Source: a virus (lineage: Duplodnaviria; Caudoviricetes). From it: DNA of 29,977 nucleotides. Of the stretch, positions 24,253 to 29,977 are shown one piece after another. A program made the translations under genes and the position numbers. The notes under the pieces were generated by a model that saw nothing but the letters and a program-made list of their open reading frames with translations, made no database searches and had not been told where the DNA came from. The stretch covers positions 1 through 29,977 of the IMG/VR virus record IMGVR_UViG_3300027874_000251. One strand, 5' to 3'. Within the stretch, counting starts at the first letter, position 1. Every line of letters starts with the position of its first letter.

Positions 24253-25413
24253 TTATTTCCCGACGCCGAGCAGCATCAAAGTACCGACCGGCGGCCCGGT
24301 AACGACCGGCGAATAGTTGATCGCGAGGAGTCCGTTGGCACCGTCGCCGGCGCTACCGCTCGGCCAGGTCGCGCCCGCCGCGCCGCCGCCGTAGAGGCCG
24401 CCATTGCCGGCCGCGCCCGCCGCGCCGCCGCTGCTCGACCCGGCGCCGCCGCCGCCGCCCGAGCCATGCGACGCGTCGAGATCGGTCCCATCGCCGCCAT
24501 CGCCGGCGGCCTTTGGCGCGCCGGTACCCGATCCGCCGCCGCCGCCCGAGCCGTGGCTACCCTTTGCGCCCGGGCTATCGGGCGCGCCGCCCGCCGTACC
24601 GTCCCAAGCCGTGCCGCCGGTGCCGCCGACTTGCGCGCCGCCATTGCCGTCGCCGCCGCCGCCCGGCCCCGTCGTATTGAGCGTATTTTCGGGAGCGCCG
24701 ACGGCGCCATTGCCGTTCGGTCCCGCCGCGCCGGCGCCGCTGCCGCCGGTATAGGAGCAGGAACCGCCACCGCCTTGCCCACCGGCGTGCTTGGTCGTGC
24801 CGACGTCATTGGCCGTGCTCTGCGCGGTCGGGCTCGACTGATTGGTCGCGTAATTGCCGCCCTTGGCACCGACTTGGACAGCGCTGCCGGCGATCGAGGC
24901 GCAATTCGACGTCGCGTTGCAGAGATAAGTATCGCCGCCCGCGGTCCCCGAATTGTGCGTCGAGCCGGCGCCGATCGCGACCGTCACGGTCGCGCCCGGG
25001 GTCAGCGTCAGGTTTGTGATCTTCGCGTAGTCGCCGCCGTTGCCGCCCGCGGTCGGACAGCCGCCGGCATTGGCGGCCGAACCGCCGGCGCCGATCGCCT
25101 CGATCGTATTGTTCGAGGAGTCCCAATCGCTCGGAACGACCCAGCTCGTCGTCCCTTGCGTTAAATAAACCGTCGTCGCGCTCGCCGGGATCGCGGCACA
25201 CGCCAGAACGAGAGCGATGATGAGCGACGATCGAATAAAACTCGCGGCGATCGATCCGCGCTGGTGGGTCGTTACCTGCGCGATTGACGGCGTTAGGCAC
25301 GTCGTATTGCGGATCGAGCATCCGACCGCCGGGCGTCTCGATTTTCTCCTTCCGAGCCACGAAGCCGCAGGGCTGGCGGCCGCGCTCATCGGCGCGTCGG
25401 ACAAGCGAGACAT
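24253..25413 (-). CDS. Glycine-rich virion/tail-associated protein with signal-peptide-like segment (true start uncertain, near 25240 or at 25413)
   Basis: TSWVVPSDW...TIEAIGAGG...GGGGG repeats...GANGLLAINY glycine-rich domain; RSSLIIALVLACAAIPASA. Confidence 0.8.
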   Translation of the reverse strand: MSRLSDAPMSAAASPAASWLGRRKSRRPAVGCSIRNTTCLTPSIAQVTTHQRGSIAASFIRSSLIIALVLACAAIPASATTVYLTQGTTSWVVPSDWDSSNNTIEAIGAGGSAANAGGCPTAGGNGGDYAKITNLTLTPGATVTVAIGAGSTHNSGTAGGDTYLCNATSNCASIAGSAVQVGAKGGNYATNQSSPTAQSTANDVGTTKHAGGQGGGGSCSYTGGSGAGAAGPNGNGAVGAPENTLNTTGPGGGGDGNGGAQVGGTGGTAWDGTAGGAPDSPGAKGSHGSGGGGGSGTGAPKAAGDGGDGTDLDASHGSGGGGGAGSSSGGAAGAAGNGGLYGGGAAGATWPSGSAGDGANGLLAINYSPVVTGPPVGTLMLLGVGK

Positions 25414-25426
25414 CGAGGCGAACTAG
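25217..25426 (+). CDS. Antisense small ORF in the tail operon
   Basis: MSDDRIKLAAIDPRWWVVTCAIDGVRHVVLRIEHPTAGRLDFLLPSHEAAGLAAALIG reads as a globular protein. Confidence 0.45.
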   Translation: MMSDDRIKLAAIDPRWWVVTCAIDGVRHVVLRIEHPTAGRLDFLLPSHEAAGLAAALIGASDKRDIEAN

Positions 25427-26109
25427 AATTGCGCCCAGGTGATCGAGCCGCCGGTCTGTGCGGTGCCAGAAAAGAGCACGCAGACGTCGTTGTTGGCGTC
25501 GGGCGTAATCGCGATGACGCCGATACCGTTGCCGGCTGCATAGCCGCCGTTCGCTGTGCCCTGGTCGCCGCGCGCCGCCGTAGCGCCGTTGAGGAGTCCC
25601 TTGGCCCCGGTGTCGCACTCCGTCGACGACTTTGTGCCCTCGACGATCGCCCAATTGATCGCGCCGGCGACGGGCCCGACCTTGGCGAAGCAGATATAGA
25701 CTTTCTGGCCCGAGACCTTCGAGACGAGCTTGATCGCGGTCGAGGCCCCGTTGTTGTCGAACGGGGTCGTATTCGTATTGGCGATCGTCCGGCCGGCGCA
25801 ACCCGCTTCGACGAGCCAGGCTGAGGTATTCGTGCCGCTGCCGGTGCTCTGCGAGGCCGGTTGCGGGTTCGTCAGCGTCGGCTGATCGGTCGCTAATACG
25901 ACGCGCTGCGTGCCGGCCGATTTAGTGCCGCTGTTCGTGTCGATCGTCGTGCCGTTGAGCTTGTCGAGCTCGAAAAAGCAGAGCGCCGACGACGACGCGC
26001 AGGGGATATAGGCGGCGAGCGCCGGCAAGACGCGCGTCGCCTCGCCGAGCAAAGCGCCGCCGACGAGCAAGCCCGCCGCCGCCAGCGCCAGAACAATGCT
26101 GCGTCTCAC
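25423..26109 (-). CDS. Tail-region protein with N-terminal signal peptide
   Basis: MRRSIVLALAAAGLLVGGALLG...; GTGA-coupled to the fibre gene; beta-rich and Cys-containing. Confidence 0.8.
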   Translation of the reverse strand: MRRSIVLALAAAGLLVGGALLGEATRVLPALAAYIPCASSSALCFFELDKLNGTTIDTNSGTKSAGTQRVVLATDQPTLTNPQPASQSTGSGTNTSAWLVEAGCAGRTIANTNTTPFDNNGASTAIKLVSKVSGQKVYICFAKVGPVAGAINWAIVEGTKSSTECDTGAKGLLNGATAARGDQGTANGGYAAGNGIGVIAITPDANNDVCVLFSGTAQTGGSITWAQF

Positions 26110-27119
26110 GGTGCGATCATCCAGTTCGAGGAGCCGTCGCTAATCAGGCCGAGGGCGTCCTTGTTGTCGATAAAGCTGAGCGAGGAATTGCCGTCGATCG
26201 TCCCCGAGACCGGGGTGATCGTATGCGTGTCGCCATTGCCGAGCGTCGTCTTGACGACGAGCAGATAGCCGGAATTGCCGCTAGCGGCGGCCGGAATATT
26301 GGTTGTCTTGCTGCCGGCCGTCGCGGAGGACCAATAGGTGATCGTCTGATTGGCGGTAAGCGTGACGGTATGCGTCGTGCCGGTCGTTACCGGGTCGAGC
26401 GCAAAGCCGCCGCCGGCGCCGGCGCCGGCGCTCGCCCATTGCGGGTTCGCGCTCGCGCCCTGCGTCTGCAAGAACTGGCCCGACGTACCATGCGCCAGCG
26501 CCGCCCAAGCCGAGGCGCCGCGATAGAGCACATCGCCTTGCGCCGAACCGAAGACATAATCGAGCAACGCGGAAAGCGTCGTTGCTATCGGTACGGCCGC
26601 GCCGCCGCTGGTATTGGCGAGCAAATCGCCGTCGGCGATCGCGCTTAGCCCGGTGACCGAAGCCCATTGCGGGTTCGCCGCAGCGCCCTGCGTCTTGAGA
26701 AAGTTTCCCGACGTTCCCGGTGCGAGCACCGCCCAAGCCGAGGCGTCACGATAGAGGATATCGCCTTGCGCCGAGCCAAAGACCGCGTCGAGCAAGGCCG
26801 TGATTGTCTTAAAGCTCGGATCGGCGCTGGCACCATTGTCGGCGAGGATGCGATTAGCGGTGCCGATCGTCGCAAACGCGACCGCGCTCGTCCCCTCGCC
26901 GAGCAAGACCGCATGCGCGGTCAAGCTCGTATCACCGGTGCCGCCTTGCGCGACCGTCACCGGAAAGGAGGCGATGCCACCGACGAGATGACCGCCGGCG
27001 GTAACGCCGTCCTGCAGGTACAGAAGCCAGTTCGTCGTATCGACGACGAGCTCGCCCTTGGGTCCGGTATAGGCGGCGACCTGCGAGGCGGTGCCGCGCA
27101 GTAATTGGACGTCGATCAT
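26106..27119 (-). CDS. Tail fibre with Mtd/hyaluronidase-type N-terminal attachment domain and internal repeats
   Basis: VQLLRGT...YTGPKGELVVDT...DGVTAGGH; VAQGGTG; 47-aa duplicated unit. Confidence 0.85.
   Translation of the reverse strand: MIDVQLLRGTASQVAAYTGPKGELVVDTTNWLLYLQDGVTAGGHLVGGIASFPVTVAQGGTGDTSLTAHAVLLGEGTSAVAFATIGTANRILADNGASADPSFKTITALLDAVFGSAQGDILYRDASAWAVLAPGTSGNFLKTQGAAANPQWASVTGLSAIADGDLLANTSGGAAVPIATTLSALLDYVFGSAQGDVLYRGASAWAALAHGTSGQFLQTQGASANPQWASAGAGAGGGFALDPVTTGTTHTVTLTANQTITYWSSATAGSKTTNIPAAASGNSGYLLVVKTTLGNGDTHTITPVSGTIDGNSSLSFIDNKDALGLISDGSSNWMIAP
26430..26798 (-). repeat. Two 141-bp (47-aa) repeats in the tail fibre (26430-26570 and 26658-26798)
   Basis: ALLDAVFGSAQGDILYRDASAWAVLAPGTSGNFLKTQGAAANPQWAS vs ALLDYVFGSAQGDVLYRGASAWAALAHGTSGQFLQTQGASANPQWAS. 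Confidence 0.9.
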
Positions 27120-28004
27120 TTATGCGCCGATGAGCCCGAGGTCGATTTGCAATGTCGACGCCGTACCGAGCGCGCCAAAGTCACAGCGCGCGCTGATCGC
27201 CGTCTGGTCGAGACTGCCCCAATCTTCCGAGCAACCGCCGGCGAGCCCGATTATTACCGGGCAAGCCCCGGGGCCGCCGGTCTCGCTCAATCCGGCACCG
27301 GTCAGCGTATAGCTGTAGTGCGGAACGATCGCGATATCTTGGAGCGCCAGCCCGAGGCTGTTGAACGAGGGGAACTTCAGATAGATCGTCTTGCCGACAA
27401 GATTGGCCGGGTATTGCTGGACAAAGACCGGCCCGGCGACGCGCGCGAATTGGCTGCCGCTATTGTGCGCGCCGATCGTCGTGCCGTAGAGCCCGCGCCG
27501 GAGATAGGTGCCGAGATCGTAGCGATAGGCGCTCGTCAGCGTCGCCGCCGAATAGGCGATAAGCTCGCCGTCGCAATAGCACAGCGTGACAAAATCGTCG
27601 GCGTCGGCGCTCGTGCCGGCAATCAGCGCGCCCTGGCTCGCGGAGAGATCGACCGACAAGGTGTGTGTCGTATCGGGGTCCGATCCGGATGCGAAATTCG
27701 CCGTCAATACCCCTTGCACGCCGCCGCGGCGGATCGTCCCAAGCTGCCCGTAAGTGCCGGCGCCCCCGGCCTCGACGCTGAGCCAAACCTGGCAACCGCC
27801 CCAATCAGCCGAGGGGCCGGTCGCGATGATCCAGAGCTCGAGCTCGTTGCCGGTAAGATCCGGTCCCGGCTCGAACATGACCGGCGCGTTGATAAAGCCG
27901 GGATTGGCGCTGACAATGTCGGTAAGCCCGAGCCCGCCGCCGGTGTCTTTTGGGTAGACGAGCGCCGTCGAAACGCCGCTTGGGCTTATCGGGGGCAATG
28001 GCAT
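27120..28004 (-). CDS. Tail tip protein, distal part (host-specificity/GTA megatron-like C-terminal region)
   Basis: PVMFEP...ELWI...WGGCQVWLS...DGELIAY..ATL...YLRRGLYGT...H..G..FAR...KFPSFN..G. Confidence 0.75.
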   Translation of the reverse strand: MPLPPISPSGVSTALVYPKDTGGGLGLTDIVSANPGFINAPVMFEPGPDLTGNELELWIIATGPSADWGGCQVWLSVEAGGAGTYGQLGTIRRGGVQGVLTANFASGSDPDTTHTLSVDLSASQGALIAGTSADADDFVTLCYCDGELIAYSAATLTSAYRYDLGTYLRRGLYGTTIGAHNSGSQFARVAGPVFVQQYPANLVGKTIYLKFPSFNSLGLALQDIAIVPHYSYTLTGAGLSETGGPGACPVIIGLAGGCSEDWGSLDQTAISARCDFGALGTASTLQIDLGLIGA

Positions 28005-28008
28005 GTTG

Positions 28009-29977
28009 TCAGATGCCCGCGATCGCGTCGGCGATCATTAGATAGCCGAGCCCGTCCGGGTTGACCGCCGCCGGATGAAAACCGGCGTCGGCGCCGGGGT
28101 TGATCAAGAGCCCCGATTGCGGCGGCGCGTTCACCCAATCGTAGAGCACGCGCCATTGAAAAGTGCCAGCGTCGCTAAGCGGCGGCCACGGGCCGTCGAT
28201 AATCCCCCAAGGCGGCAGGGCGGCCGTCGCGTAGAGGCTCGACATATTCTCGGGCGCAATCAGCCAGCCGAAAATGATGCCGTTTGGCGAATTTGTCGAA
28301 ACCCCCGAGACTTGCGGCGACGTATTGTTGTCGGCGACTTTCTTTGGCAAGCTCCCGTTGGTGTCCCAGACGGTTGCCCAATCGACGCCGCCAGCGACGC
28401 CGAGAATCGCGATCGAAGGCAGATAGCCGAGACCGGCGAAATTGGCTTGCACAGTAATGCGCGTCCCGACTGCGACGCTGCGCACATCGGCCCACCAGAT
28501 CTCGCCGCTAGCCTCGACGCTGCCCGGTGCGAGGGCGGTGTAGGCGGTGCGCTTGTGCCAGACGAGCGTTCCGAGATCGTCGGTGATATTGGCGACCGCC
28601 GCCGGCGGGGTTAGGCCATTGGCGCGATTGGCGACAAAGGCGACGAGCAGATCGACCCGGGTGACCGGCGTCGTGAAGTAGTTCGTGACAATCTCGATCC
28701 AGGCCGGCCGCGTTGCGAGGACGCTCGCCTCACTCGGGCTCCACGCCGGGTCGTAGGCGCTGGTCGAGGCGACCGAGGCGACCGACATCGGTATGATCGG
28801 CGGGATCGGCGGCGGCGGTGCTACAGCACCGATGACCGGATCCTCGGCCTCGATCGTCAGATCGCCGTTTTCGTTCTCCTCGATGCTGGTGATGCGCACC
28901 GGGAATTGGTTCAGATAAGCGTCGCCGGCGCGCCCGGTGAGCAATACGATGTCCATCGGCTCGAGCAACGCATAGCGCCAGCCGAGTTGGAACTTCACGG
29001 TGGTGTGGCGCATGTACTGGCCGCGCTGGAGATAGATCTGCGCCGAGACATTGGCGCTGGCGGCGTTGCAAAAGCATTTGCCCTGCAGATGGTCGGCGGT
29101 GCGCAAACCGTACTGGTCGATCGCGCCCTGGTCGAAATTCGCCATCACCGTCGAATTGTAGAAATTCCCGCGGTCGAGATACTCCATCGTCACCCAGTTG
29201 AGCGCATCGGCCGGGTTCGAGCGCGTGATCTCGATCGGGTCGTCCTTGTTCTCCTCGAGGCTGCCGAGCTGGCCCATATGCCACGGCAAGAAATCATCGT
29301 CGGTGAGGCTGTAGACCGGGATGAGGTTCGGGTCCCACGTCACGCCGTTGCCGGCGAGCGCGACATCGCCATAGGGAATGAATTTTAAGAGACTGCCGGA
29401 CCAGACGATCGCGGTATTGGTCAATTTGGCGAGCGAAGCGATCCATTCCTGCGCTTCCTGCTGGCCGTCGAGCGCAACCGAGATGACGAGTCCCGCCGCC
29501 AAGCAATAATTGCCGTAGACCGTACCGATATCGGGGTCGAGGTTGGTGATCGGAAAGCCAGCGCCGTAGCGCGCATTGGTCAGAAAATCGGTGACGACGA
29601 TCGCCGGGTTCGCATCGCGCGGCCAACTCGGCCCGGCGGTGCCGGCGGCAATGCCGGTGACCTCAAACGAGATATTCGGGATCGCTGGCGAGGGCCCGAG
29701 ATCCATCGGCGTGCCGGTGACGTGGCACGTCCCGGAATAGCCGACCTGCGCGCCGAGCCCCGCAAAGACCGGGTCTGGTGCCTGGCCGTCATTGCCGGCA
29801 TAGGCGGTGAGGCCGACCGATTGGAAATACGCGACGCCCGAGGAGGACCAGACAAAATTTCTGGCGTCGATCGACACTGGACCCTGGCAAATCGCGAAAT
29901 CGACGTCGACCGTAAAATCGACCTGGCCCGAACCCTTTTTGCCGCCGCCCTTGCCGCCGCCGCCGCCTTTGCCGCCG
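28009..29977 (-). CDS. Central tail/tip attachment protein (J-like), 5' end outside the window
   Basis: The frame is open to the window edge (GGKGGGGGKGGGKKG...DFAICQGPV); PNISFEV, DANPA...DFLTNARYGAG, LKFIPYGD, LEPMDIV and VRITSIEE motifs. Confidence 0.88.
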   Translation of the reverse strand, partial: GGKGGGGGKGGGKKGSGQVDFTVDVDFAICQGPVSIDARNFVWSSSGVAYFQSVGLTAYAGNDGQAPDPVFAGLGAQVGYSGTCHVTGTPMDLGPSPAIPNISFEVTGIAAGTAGPSWPRDANPAIVVTDFLTNARYGAGFPITNLDPDIGTVYGNYCLAAGLVISVALDGQQEAQEWIASLAKLTNTAIVWSGSLLKFIPYGDVALAGNGVTWDPNLIPVYSLTDDDFLPWHMGQLGSLEENKDDPIEITRSNPADALNWVTMEYLDRGNFYNSTVMANFDQGAIDQYGLRTADHLQGKCFCNAASANVSAQIYLQRGQYMRHTTVKFQLGWRYALLEPMDIVLLTGRAGDAYLNQFPVRITSIEENENGDLTIEAEDPVIGAVAPPPPIPPIIPMSVASVASTSAYDPAWSPSEASVLATRPAWIEIVTNYFTTPVTRVDLLVAFVANRANGLTPPAAVANITDDLGTLVWHKRTAYTALAPGSVEASGEIWWADVRSVAVGTRITVQANFAGLGYLPSIAILGVAGGVDWATVWDTNGSLPKKVADNNTSPQVSGVSTNSPNGIIFGWLIAPENMSSLYATAALPPWGIIDGPWPPLSDAGTFQWRVLYDWVNAPPQSGLLINPGADAGFHPAAVNPDGLGYLMIADAIAGI

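Noticed and set aside
26106-27119. Diversity-generating retroelement target (Mtd-like N-terminus, internal repeats)
   Set aside because: No reverse transcriptase in the window. The repeats are in-frame, mid-gene and not restricted to adenine differences.
4158-28064. Many long Arg/Ala/Pro-rich ORFs in the track (e.g. 4158..5063, 8977..9951, 19984..21198, 27105..28064)
   Set aside because: Shadow frames of real genes in high-GC DNA, with no motifs or RBS.

Overview
About 30 kb of a GC-rich temperate (lambdoid-organised) phage, most likely infecting an alphaproteobacterium. Positions 1-8396 are a minus-strand early/middle operon: Cro-like, CII-like, replication initiator and partner, HU, DUF6456/GafA-like late regulator, serine recombinase, GcrA-like protein, CtrA-like winged helix, secreted proteins and a metallopeptidase-like gene. 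The immunity switch is two paralogous XRE genes with TCCTAA-N5-TTAGGA operators. A plus-strand operon (MT-A70 methylase, PD-(D/E)xK nuclease, xis-like gene, tyrosine integrase, MASE1) leads to an apparently intact attP, made of the 3' half of tRNA-Arg(CCG) with arm repeats on both sides. A minus-strand late block follows (tail tip and fibre genes, glycosyltransferase, UDP-HexNAc dehydrogenase, GH25 endolysin). Main hypothesis: the phage carries its own stripped-down copies of the host cell-cycle circuit (SciP, a GcrA sigma-interacting domain alone, and two receiver-less CtrA/OmpR-type DNA-binding domains). The first ~150 bp are a foreign ccmC fragment, probably a chimeric join. All family calls come from motif recognition by eye; no database searches were run.
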